Origin: Shigella phage vB_SboS_Gloob
Sequence record: OL615011
Strand: one strand, 5' to 3'
Length of the DNA stretch: 64,000 nucleotides
The notes beneath the pieces are model-generated. The model saw only the letters and a list, made by a program, of their open reading frames with translations, was not told where the DNA came from and searched no databases. Below, piece after piece: positions 1 through 8,551 of the stretch (position 1 is its first letter; each line of letters opens with the position of its first letter). The position numbers were made by a program, and so were the translations under genes.

Positions 1-2757
1 ATGAAAATGCGCAAGTCCGAGCACTTCATCCGCTCGTCGTCTTCCATTCAGGGGCAGGCGTTTAACGTCAAAATGAACGACAAGATGTTTGAGACTCTGT
101 TCTCATCATTGTATCGTTACAAAGAGGCTGCAGCCCTGCGTGAAACCACCTGTAACGCCATCGACTCCCATGGCATGCGTGATCGTATGCACCGCATGGT
201 AGCATCCCACTACGCGCCTCTCACTCCCCCTCCTGCCCGCCACAGCAAATATCTCGCGCCGAAGGGCACACGAGTTGTTGTGCATTTGCCTGATGACTTT
301 GAGCCATGGCTGGAAATCCGTGATTACGGTATCGGTCTGCCGCTTGAGAAGATCATCGGTGAAGCCATCCCAGCGCAGGAAGATGAGGTGCTGCTGGAAG
401 GCAACATGGTCGTGAAGGAAGACGAGATCCCCGATTCGGCCGAAGTCATCGGTATTCCAGGGTTCTACAATGGGTCTTTGGTGTTCCGTCGTGAAGACGG
501 CGAGATCATTCGCACGCCTGGATTGTACACCACCCTCTTCCACAGTACGAAGGAAGAAGATGATGATCAGATTGGGGCATTCGGTCTTGGCTCCAAATCA
601 CCATTTGCGGTATCGGATTCGTTCACTGTGGAAAGCCGCATGGACGGCAAACTCCATCGCTTCCTGATGTACCTGAATGCCAAGCGCATCCCAACGGTCG
701 ATCTGATCACCAAAGATCTTGAAACCCGTGATCCTAAGCCGGAAGACACCGATGAGTTCAACGGCATGACGGTGAAGATCCCGGTGAAGAACGCTCGTTT
801 CTCTGCATTCTCCGATGAACTGGTCCGTCTTGGTCGTGTTATGCGCCCTGAACAACGCCCAATTGTTGAGAACGCTTCATACCGCTTCAGCTGGGAAGAT
901 ATCAGTTATGATTTCAAGGTCAACAACACGTACATCCAGCCGAAAGGCCAGGGGAACACCCATTATGCTGTGATGGGCGGCGTGTCATACCCGATTGACC
1001 TGGACCAGCTGGACCCGGACACTGCTTCCATCATGAGCAAGTTCCCGTCGTCCTATACATTCTTTGAACTCGGCTCGCTGAACGTACCGCCGTCGCGTGA
1101 AGACCTGTCGTATGACGAATTCACGCGTGAGACGCTCTCTGAGGAGTTTAAGGGCACCGCCAATGCAATCTTGACAGAAAAGATGCGCGACCTGGAGTTG
1201 GCGTGTAAGCGTGGTCCTCTTGCCCTGTATATGGAGAAGGCAAGACTGAGCGAAATGTTCGGCAGCGGGTTCCGTAAGATGGTTGAAAAGGAATACCCGG
1301 CGGACAAGCGCTTCCATGATTCATATTACCGTTACCCGCTGCCTGTTGAGATTGATCGCGATTATGACCATACCGCGCCGTTCAATGAGCTGTCATCGCC
1401 GTTCTCTATGGAGATCTTCTATGGCTGGGGTGAGTCCAGTACCCTGACCATTTCAGAAATCCAGAAGTGGATTGATCGCGGACAGCATGTTACTGTGGTG
1501 ATCGAAGACAGTGTTCGTGCACGTAATCTGAAGATCAAGCAGCTGAAAGATACAGGGACGATGGTCATCGTGGCCAAGCCGAACACATCCTATGTCACCA
1601 AGCGCAACCAATCTAAGGACAACCCTGCGTTCAAGAATTCTCAGGCTCTCTATGATTTCTTTGAAACTTGGATCGGCAAAGAAGAAACGACGGTCGATTA
1701 TCTGTGCTTCGCTGACAAGTTCGTAGATTGGCTGAGTGCGGTGCTGGAGCCTGCTGAAGTTAAGTTCATGAACGAACTGACGTATGTCACGCCTCCGGTC
1801 ACCAAAGACCCTGGCCTGTTTCCGTTCACGTCCAGCAACTTCGACATAAAACAGTATGAAGAACTGACTGGTGAACAGATCTCGGATATTATCAACAAGG
1901 GCGAGCGCATCGTCTATATCGAAGTGTCTGGGCACGAGTGTATCCACCAAGTAATGGACAGAACGTTGACAGCTGCGGCGGCGCGGGGTATTCGTAAATC
2001 TCTGTATGAGCACGCAGTCAGTGTTGACGATGAAGGCAAGCCAGTGTATATCAGCGACATGCTGAACGTTCACAACAGGATCTTCCTGGCTCGCCGTAAA
2101 TCCGTGCCAATGATGAAGAAGTTCCCAGAAGTCTTCATCCCGATCGATGAAATCCTGAAGATCATGTTGGAAAACGTGAAGCCTATGATGGAGCGCGATA
2201 GCGCCAGGCGCATACTGGAATCATACCGCCGCATGCGCCTTGGGGCGGATCGATTAAAATACGGGAGCCGTCTGGTTCACCAGGCGTTTGGTGATGTTGA
2301 AGACGATCGTTATGGCAAATTGGTCAGCCGTTACAACAAGTTAATGAAAGTCGTGGACGATATCTTGGATGAGCAGACTGTACGTCATTACCAAAGCCTG
2401 GCGAAAGCCCCGGTTTCAATCAATGACAAGCGCCGCTTTAGCCATTTCCAGGACACAATACATTCTCTTAACGTGAATTTGTACGCCAACGAGCGTGACG
2501 AAAAGATCTTCCGTTCAGAACATCAGATGCTACAGATCTTTGGCTACGCTTCGGATGTGTTGCGGTCTCATGGATTTACACCGTTTGATATATCGAGGAC
2601 TCCGTCATTGAAAGCAAGGCGGGAAAACCGATTGACCATCGAGCGTCACCGTGTTATCCGGTTCTTGAAAGAGAATTACAAACCAAGCGCCCTGAACCCG
2701 ATTGAAAATTCTTCGGATTACTTGGACGTTATTTCAAATTCCATCATCAGGGCATAA
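1..2757 (+). CDS. rIIA: rIIA-like protein; begins at window edge, may be 5' truncated
   Basis: 918-aa ORF; N-terminal GHKL-ATPase-like motif ETTCNAIDSHG; directly followed by an rIIB homolog as in T4. Confidence 0.6.
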   Translation: MKMRKSEHFIRSSSSIQGQAFNVKMNDKMFETLFSSLYRYKEAAALRETTCNAIDSHGMRDRMHRMVASHYAPLTPPPARHSKYLAPKGTRVVVHLPDDFEPWLEIRDYGIGLPLEKIIGEAIPAQEDEVLLEGNMVVKEDEIPDSAEVIGIPGFYNGSLVFRREDGEIIRTPGLYTTLFHSTKEEDDDQIGAFGLGSKSPFAVSDSFTVESRMDGKLHRFLMYLNAKRIPTVDLITKDLETRDPKPEDTDEFNGMTVKIPVKNARFSAFSDELVRLGRVMRPEQRPIVENASYRFSWEDISYDFKVNNTYIQPKGQGNTHYAVMGGVSYPIDLDQLDPDTASIMSKFPSSYTFFELGSLNVPPSREDLSYDEFTRETLSEEFKGTANAILTEKMRDLELACKRGPLALYMEKARLSEMFGSGFRKMVEKEYPADKRFHDSYYRYPLPVEIDRDYDHTAPFNELSSPFSMEIFYGWGESSTLTISEIQKWIDRGQHVTVVIEDSVRARNLKIKQLKDTGTMVIVAKPNTSYVTKRNQSKDNPAFKNSQALYDFFETWIGKEETTVDYLCFADKFVDWLSAVLEPAEVKFMNELTYVTPPVTKDPGLFPFTSSNFDIKQYEELTGEQISDIINKGERIVYIEVSGHECIHQVMDRTLTAAAARGIRKSLYEHAVSVDDEGKPVYISDMLNVHNRIFLARRKSVPMMKKFPEVFIPIDEILKIMLENVKPMMERDSARRILESYRRMRLGADRLKYGSRLVHQAFGDVEDDRYGKLVSRYNKLMKVVDDILDEQTVRHYQSLAKAPVSINDKRRFSHFQDTIHSLNVNLYANERDEKIFRSEHQMLQIFGYASDVLRSHGFTPFDISRTPSLKARRENRLTIERHRVIRFLKENYKPSALNPIENSSDYLDVISNSIIRA

Positions 2758-2788
2758 TAGTCCTGTTAACCAACGTGGGAACTACAAG

Positions 2789-4351
2789 ATGAACAAGATT
2801 GACGAAAAGATCCTCAAGCATTTGAAGGCAGGCATGAGCCAGAGCGCAATTGCTACTCTGTTGGGCATACCCCGCTCGACTGTACAACGTGTTGCAGACA
2901 CGGAATTCGGTGTTAACCCGTTATCGCTGAAATCTCTGACCACTGAAGAGATTCAGCAGATTCAGGTGAAGAGCAAGGCTGGTGAAAGCAACCGCGCCCT
3001 GGCTGAGTTCTTTGCTGTAAGCGCCAAGACCATTGCTCGCGCTCTGCTGGTCCGGATTACTGAGGAGGAAAACAAGGTAACTGTGATCTCTCCTATCAAG
3101 CAGGAAGAGCAGGAAGTATTCGAAGTACAGCCTGGTGGAACAGCCAAAGACAAAGATGGCTCAGAATGGTATGTTGGGGCATATCTACCGAACCACAACA
3201 AGTATCTGTGTCTCACCAACGACGGTAATTTCACAGGGGCTTTCTTTGAAAAGTCTGAATTGACTCCTGTTGAAGGTGATAGTCGCGCTTTCGGTGTTGA
3301 AGCTATCGGCAAGATGGCAGAAATTTCTGTGGCGCTGTCAGAAGGTGCGGATAAAGTTCCGAGCAACGTTGAAATCAGCGTTGTGGTTGACGGGGAAACC
3401 TATCCTATTCGTGGATCCTTGGATGCCCGTCGTCGTGTTGGTTACTTCGATGCCATCCTCGGCCGCACCCTGCGCCTGGCTCTGTCTTCTGTAGAATTCA
3501 CCGTCGCTATCAAAGACGTTGAAGAAGTGGCTGGTGACAAGAAGACCAAGCAGGACTTCGGCGCGAAAGACCTGGACGTGTTCCTGAACGAACACCAGAT
3601 CCTGATTCTGCCTGACAGCGTTGTTATCGCGATTGATGGCAAGCCGGAAACGATCACCACTTCACATCCAGCATATGACCGCATCGTACAGGCGATCAAA
3701 GACAAAGATGTGAAGCTGGCATACTCGCTGATGCGCCCTCGTGATGCCATCGCGAAGTACGCTGAAGGTCTGGTAGACGTGTCTGACAACCGTGTCCGCT
3801 GGTCTGGCCATGACATCACAGGCACATCCATCGCCAAGCGCGTACTGGCGCTGATGCTGAAGGGTGACTTCCACAACCTGGACCGCATGGCGAAGTTTAT
3901 GGACAAAATGTTCCAGAACCCGTCGGCTGCTCTGGTTCAGTCTGGGCGCATCTATGAGTTCATGGCGTACTCCGACATCGAAATTGACGACGATGGTGAC
4001 ATCATCCTCTACAAATCGGTGCGCGGCAACTACATGGACAAGCACAGCAACACGATCAGCAACGCCCCAGGCACTATCGTGCGCATGGCTCGCTCATTCG
4101 TGAACGACAACAACTCCGACCTGTGTTCATACGGTCTGCATGTGTGCTCCCTGGCCTACCTGAAGGAGTGTTTCGGTTCTGTGGGACAGCGTGTCGTTCG
4201 CTGTAAGCTGAACCCGAAAGATATCGTGTCTATCACCAACGATTACGGCTCCAGTAAAATCCGCTGCTGTGAATACATGGTGTTGGATGATTACACGGCT
4301 GAGTACAACCGTCAGCACAAGTCTATTGACGTGACAGGTCTGTACAAGTAA
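2789..4351 (+). CDS. rIIB: rIIB-like protein
   Basis: C-terminal region (NAPGTIVRM...CSYGLHVCS...RCCEYMVLDDY) closely resembles T4 rIIB as recalled; N-terminal HTH-like segment; ATG at 2789 inside longer track ORF. Confidence 0.75.
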   Translation: MNKIDEKILKHLKAGMSQSAIATLLGIPRSTVQRVADTEFGVNPLSLKSLTTEEIQQIQVKSKAGESNRALAEFFAVSAKTIARALLVRITEEENKVTVISPIKQEEQEVFEVQPGGTAKDKDGSEWYVGAYLPNHNKYLCLTNDGNFTGAFFEKSELTPVEGDSRAFGVEAIGKMAEISVALSEGADKVPSNVEISVVVDGETYPIRGSLDARRRVGYFDAILGRTLRLALSSVEFTVAIKDVEEVAGDKKTKQDFGAKDLDVFLNEHQILILPDSVVIAIDGKPETITTSHPAYDRIVQAIKDKDVKLAYSLMRPRDAIAKYAEGLVDVSDNRVRWSGHDITGTSIAKRVLALMLKGDFHNLDRMAKFMDKMFQNPSAALVQSGRIYEFMAYSDIEIDDDGDIILYKSVRGNYMDKHSNTISNAPGTIVRMARSFVNDNNSDLCSYGLHVCSLAYLKECFGSVGQRVVRCKLNPKDIVSITNDYGSSKIRCCEYMVLDDYTAEYNRQHKSIDVTGLYK

Positions 4352-4365
4352 TCTTCAGTAAACCT

Positions 4366-4393
4366 ACAAGGGGGCTTCGGCCTCCTTTTCTTT
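4366..4393 (+). terminator. rho-independent terminator downstream of rIIB
   Basis: GC stem with ttcg tetraloop (aagggggcttcggcctcctt) followed by T-run. Confidence 0.6.
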
Positions 4394-4402
4394 GAGGTCG
4401 AT

Positions 4403-4708
4403 ATGTTAACCACTGATGTCTACTTCAAATATGCGCGACAGACGTATGGCTCGCATCGTGTGACAGACAAATTCTTGATAGACTCCTTCCAGTTTGAAGG
4501 GGAGATGAGGGAATACTCACACAAACAATTCCCACCCCGTGAAGTTCATGGTGACCAGTTCGTGAAATTGTTCTGTCGCTGCGGCGGTTGTGACTTCACA
4601 GATGATGGGTATGCAATGCACGTATACTGCTGCAATTGCTGTGGTAAATACATAACAGTCTATAGGAGAACCAATCATGGCGAAGAAACCCGAAACCAAG
4701 AAAGTTGA
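4403..4708 (+). CDS. hypothetical Cys-rich protein
   Basis: 101-aa ORF with CRCGGC...CCNCCG cysteine cluster; overlaps next gene start. Confidence 0.4.
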   Translation: MLTTDVYFKYARQTYGSHRVTDKFLIDSFQFEGEMREYSHKQFPPREVHGDQFVKLFCRCGGCDFTDDGYAMHVYCCNCCGKYITVYRRTNHGEETRNQES

Positions 4709-5102
4709 AACCGCAACTACAGCCCCCGTTGATGACATCCAGGCGAAGGAGGAAGGTGTGTTACCCACCTACCTGCAACGCGCTGTGGACAACATGCCTA
4801 CAGGCGGGGATGGAGGCGTCGTCTACGCTGGCGGGTACGGTTGGGTGTGCGAATACCGAGACGGCACCAAAGAACTCCTTCAGGAGCTTCCAGGGCTGGC
4901 GTCCACGCTGAAGCGTTATGGTCGCGACAAGTATGGCAAGCCGTTTGAGAAGGGCGCTGTCGTCTCCACCAACATTACAGCAGATACTCTGAACCTTCTG
5001 GGTGTGGACGACCTGAAGCTGCTGGCTGAACCTTTGGGTATCACAGTAGAAGATCGCATTACGTTGATTGCTCAACTGATCGAAAAATTGCAGATTAAAT
5101 AA
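4677..5102 (+). CDS. hypothetical protein
   Basis: 141-aa ORF preceded by AGGAGA ribosome-binding site. Confidence 0.6.
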   Translation: MAKKPETKKVETATTAPVDDIQAKEEGVLPTYLQRAVDNMPTGGDGGVVYAGGYGWVCEYRDGTKELLQELPGLASTLKRYGRDKYGKPFEKGAVVSTNITADTLNLLGVDDLKLLAEPLGITVEDRITLIAQLIEKLQIK

Positions 5103-5131
5103 AGCAGTGTACAACAGCTGAATTAATCTAT

Positions 5132-5524
5132 ATGGTTATCGTTGACGAAAGCAATCTGATAGAGTATGCCCTGAGGCATTACATTGTTGATTCTATCTCA
5201 CGGGATGAGTTGCTGACAGACATACAGCGAATTTCGCTAATTAACCAATCATTGAAGAGATTTGTGCCTGGCAAGAGTCCAAGGCTCATATTGAATCAGC
5301 TGATCACTCTCTTCAATACGTTCGAAGCAGAAGCAGTCTGTCGTATGCTTGTGTTGAAAACGGATAAGTCTCAGCTTCCGCGCCTCAAGGCTGCTTTGTT
5401 GACGTTAGGCGTATGGCGTGATGATTTATGTTCCGGTTCATACGAACCAGATAACGAGCTATTAATGGCTCTGAACAACGATTTGGGCGAGTGGAGGAAA
5501 CCATGCCAACAATCACTGTATTAG
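5132..5524 (+). CDS. hypothetical protein
   Basis: 130-aa ORF, no clear RBS. Confidence 0.4.
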   Translation: MVIVDESNLIEYALRHYIVDSISRDELLTDIQRISLINQSLKRFVPGKSPRLILNQLITLFNTFEAEAVCRMLVLKTDKSQLPRLKAALLTLGVWRDDLCSGSYEPDNELLMALNNDLGEWRKPCQQSLY

Positions 5525-6312
5525 TAGCACCGGAAGTTGTTCGCAACAAACCGGAAACCGAGCGTCTGCACACCGTGACAGGCACTGCCAAGGGTTGGGA
5601 AAAGACCAGTCTTAACCAAGACCCTGACGAGATCCTGACCGAGTGTAAAGGCCTGGATACACTTCTGACCAAGAGCAATCTGCAGGCTGATGGCGTGACC
5701 AAAGTTGATCCAACCAAGCCTATCGGCTTCGAGATCTCTTACGAAATCCACGACCCAAGCGCCGTGCTGACCACTGGCCTGACCATCACCCCTGCGACTG
5801 CTGGTGGTGAAGTCGGTCAGGTTGTTGAACTGCTGGCGACCGTCGCTCCGGCGAACGCGACCTACCAGGGTGTCAACTGGTACTCTGGTGACATCACCAA
5901 AGCTGTACACATCGGCGGTGGTAAATTCAAGCTGCTGGCTCCTGGTTCTGTGACTGTGTACGGTGTTACCATCGAAGGTGGCCACACTGACTCTACCGTC
6001 ATCACAGTGGCGGGTGCGCTGGCTCTGTCTACTGATCTGGCTGCTTCTCAGGATGTAACAGCAGGTGAAGACGCAACCTTCACCATCGCTGCTACAGGCG
6101 GCACTACCCCATACACATATGCTTGGTACTTCTCTGATGTCCCTGGTGGTGAAGGTGTGGTGATCGATGCTGGCGCTAACGCCACTGCTGCAACTGCGAG
6201 CCTGGTTATCACCGCAGTTGATGCCGCAGACGAGGGTGAGTACTGGTGTGTTGTTGAAGACGCCGATGGCCACTCTGTGACCTCTACCCGTTGTGAAATG
6301 GCTGTGGTCTAA
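5503..6312 (+). CDS. Ig-like domain protein (Big_2-like plus I-set-like), possible Hoc-like surface protein
   Basis: GGAGGAAACC RBS before ATG 5503; tandem Ig-like segments (YQGVNWYSGD...VTVYGVTIEGG; DATFTIAATGG...DEGEYWCVVEDADG). Confidence 0.6.
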   Translation: MPTITVLVAPEVVRNKPETERLHTVTGTAKGWEKTSLNQDPDEILTECKGLDTLLTKSNLQADGVTKVDPTKPIGFEISYEIHDPSAVLTTGLTITPATAGGEVGQVVELLATVAPANATYQGVNWYSGDITKAVHIGGGKFKLLAPGSVTVYGVTIEGGHTDSTVITVAGALALSTDLAASQDVTAGEDATFTIAATGGTTPYTYAWYFSDVPGGEGVVIDAGANATAATASLVITAVDAADEGEYWCVVEDADGHSVTSTRCEMAVV

Positions 6313-6314
6313 TC

Positions 6315-6545
6315 ATGAAGGGCTTCCAGGACTTTCTTGAAGACTCGGCAGCCCCTGGAACCACGACCGCCGATGTGGGGAAACCCGAAGGCGGTATGGT
6401 GAAAGAGCCTGTCAAGAAACCCAAGGATCTTGAGGAAGAACAAGAGCAGACCGACTTCCAAAAGATCTTTGGGAATATCTTCAAAGACCTCGACCTGAAG
6501 AATGCACGAAGGTGGAACTTCAGGACAGGCAAATATGAAGACTAA
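6315..6545 (+). CDS. small protein with capsid-targeting-sequence-like N-terminus (MKGFQDFLED)
   Basis: N-terminus matches the MKxFQDFLTE paralog family in this window and resembles T4 internal-protein CTS MKTYQEFIAE. Confidence 0.6.
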   Translation: MKGFQDFLEDSAAPGTTTADVGKPEGGMVKEPVKKPKDLEEEQEQTDFQKIFGNIFKDLDLKNARRWNFRTGKYED

Positions 6546-6570
6546 AAGAGGCTCCGGCCTCTTTTTCATT
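6546..6570 (+). terminator. rho-independent terminator
   Basis: agaggctccggcctct hairpin followed by TTTTT. Confidence 0.6.
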
Positions 6571-6633
6571 TCCAGCATTCGGTGTATAATGGACCCGTTC
6601 CCCATGAGCGGAACCTAACTGAGGATACACCAA

Positions 6634-7146
6634 ATGCAATCCATGATCAAACGTAAAGTAGAAATCTCCCTGAATGCCCATGTTGAAATGATCCAGCAGC
6701 TTGTGTCTGACGCATATGAGGTACAAAAGGATCGCCAATCGAAGGGAGGCGTGATGGACCCCACCTGTCCCGGAAACATACTACACTATCGCATGCTGCG
6801 CTGGACTGGGCATACGGCTGCTCTGAAGAAACTGCTTTCTAAAAGATTCCAGGCCGAAAACGATGCCTATGTGTTTGGCGTCTTCCATAATTCGCGTGAA
6901 CGCGATGCGCTCTTCTATCCTTCCCGCAACCCAAAGACAGGCGAAGAACTGCCTATCCCTGATGTCGACAAGGAAGAGAGCACGGCCACCATCGCCCATT
7001 TCATGGGCACGAATATCGATAAAGCAAACATCATCGTGTTCTCTGATACACTTCATGATCCGAAACGCTTGGCTGCCGCCCATGAAATGTTGCGCAATAG
7101 CCGCAGTGCTTTCACAAATTTGACTTTAGTAGTGTTTCTGGGCTAG
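6634..7146 (+). CDS. hypothetical protein
   Basis: 170-aa ORF; TATAAT-like box about 45 nt upstream. Confidence 0.55.
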   Translation: MQSMIKRKVEISLNAHVEMIQQLVSDAYEVQKDRQSKGGVMDPTCPGNILHYRMLRWTGHTAALKKLLSKRFQAENDAYVFGVFHNSRERDALFYPSRNPKTGEELPIPDVDKEESTATIAHFMGTNIDKANIIVFSDTLHDPKRLAAAHEMLRNSRSAFTNLTLVVFLG

Positions 7147-7195
7147 ATAGTTACAGGGGAGGAAACTCCCCTATTTCCCTAACAGGAGGCGCACA

Positions 7196-7393
7196 ATGTA
7201 CAAGTTCAGAATTAACAGAGAACGTAATTCGTTCAAGTTCGGTGTAGTCGCTGGAGTTTGTTTGTTCCTGGCGCTCGAAAGCGTTGTCAGCCTGCTTACA
7301 ACATCACAAATGCAGGTGACTCGTTACCTACTTGCCATTATATTTTCTGCTGTCGGTTTACTCTGCTCCTATTTGGGGTGTGTGAAGAAATAA
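7196..7393 (+). CDS. small membrane protein (two predicted TM helices)
   Basis: AGGAGG RBS; hydrophobic segments VVAGVCLFLALESVV and LLAIIFSAVGLLCSYL. Confidence 0.55.
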   Translation: MYKFRINRERNSFKFGVVAGVCLFLALESVVSLLTTSQMQVTRYLLAIIFSAVGLLCSYLGCVKK

Positions 7394-7435
7394 ACTGGCT
7401 GCACACAGCAATACTTTGATTTGAGAAACTACATC

Positions 7436-7924
7436 ATGATGCTGTTAATGAGCGTTCCACAGAACAAGATGACCCCTGAAACAGAGGGTAAGAATCACTT
7501 CAACATCTACAGCCAGAGCCAAACGGAACTCGGGCGCTTCCTCTCGCATTTTGCCCATCATCCAGTGACTACCTATGAGCACGGCGTGTTCAACTCCATG
7601 GAAGGCTACTGGTATTGGCTAAAGTACAGGGATGACAACCTGCGCTTGCTCGACGGCTACGAAGCCAAGCAATATGGGCAGGGGTTGGCGGCCACTCGCA
7701 TCGCTGTCCTTGATCCATCATCCGAAGAATTCAAGCGCGACATTCTGTTTGCCACCAGCATGAAACTCCAGACAATGCCCGACCTGCTGAAGATCAGATT
7801 GGCGTACAGTCGACTCCCTCTGATCCATGCATACGTTCGGAACGGGAAATATAGTTTTCAAAACTCTATGGACTTTATCATAGACCACATTAATCGTCTC
7901 CGCATACAAGGAACTTTGAAATGA
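7436..7924 (+). CDS. hypothetical protein
   Basis: first ATG of track ORF (track start is TTG); stop overlaps next gene start (ATGA). Confidence 0.5.
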   Translation: MMLLMSVPQNKMTPETEGKNHFNIYSQSQTELGRFLSHFAHHPVTTYEHGVFNSMEGYWYWLKYRDDNLRLLDGYEAKQYGQGLAATRIAVLDPSSEEFKRDILFATSMKLQTMPDLLKIRLAYSRLPLIHAYVRNGKYSFQNSMDFIIDHINRLRIQGTLK

Positions 7925-8502
7925 AATTTCTACATACCATCATTGGCACTTCTTACGATTGCACTGCTCATTGCCCTGACCGTTCGTCTGTGTTCGTCCT
8001 AGGTAAACTGGTAGAAGAATTGTGTGAGCTGTCTGATGTCTACAATGGCCTGGCGGCGTCGGAACCCCTGAACGGTGAAATCGCTGATGTTATCATCTCT
8101 GCGATTGATTTGCTATATGTCGTGGAGTTTAACCCTCACCAAATCAATGGTTGCATGAACAAGGAAGAAATGATCGATTCTGTTATCTTCCGTCTTGCAG
8201 AATTGGGGGCGACAGAATCAAAAGATGTGGAGAGCCACTGGTTCCATGTGGGTGATCTGAAACCGGAGAAGCATCTGGCGCTGGCCTTGCACTATCTAGG
8301 CAGAACAACCCGCCTTTTGAACCAACCATACCGTTCAGAAGACGATCTGGCGTACCTGGTGGACAGGATCATCACCTTCGCGGCCAAAATGGCTTGCGCT
8401 GTTGGCATCGTCAACTCTGTGTCTCAGTCGGACACGCGAGTGAAGGTGGAACACGCTATTGAACACAAAGTTGAAAAGTGGCGCACTAAATTTGGTCTAT
8501 AA
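7921..8502 (+). CDS. MazG-like nucleoside triphosphate pyrophosphohydrolase (putative)
   Basis: all-alpha MazG-like acidic motif LVEELCELSD...EIADVIISAIDL. Confidence 0.5.
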   Translation: MKFLHTIIGTSYDCTAHCPDRSSVFVLGKLVEELCELSDVYNGLAASEPLNGEIADVIISAIDLLYVVEFNPHQINGCMNKEEMIDSVIFRLAELGATESKDVESHWFHVGDLKPEKHLALALHYLGRTTRLLNQPYRSEDDLAYLVDRIITFAAKMACAVGIVNSVSQSDTRVKVEHAIEHKVEKWRTKFGL

Positions 8503-8551
8503 CCCAAGCCCATACATAATCTTGTGTGTTTACCATTGACGGGATAGACCG

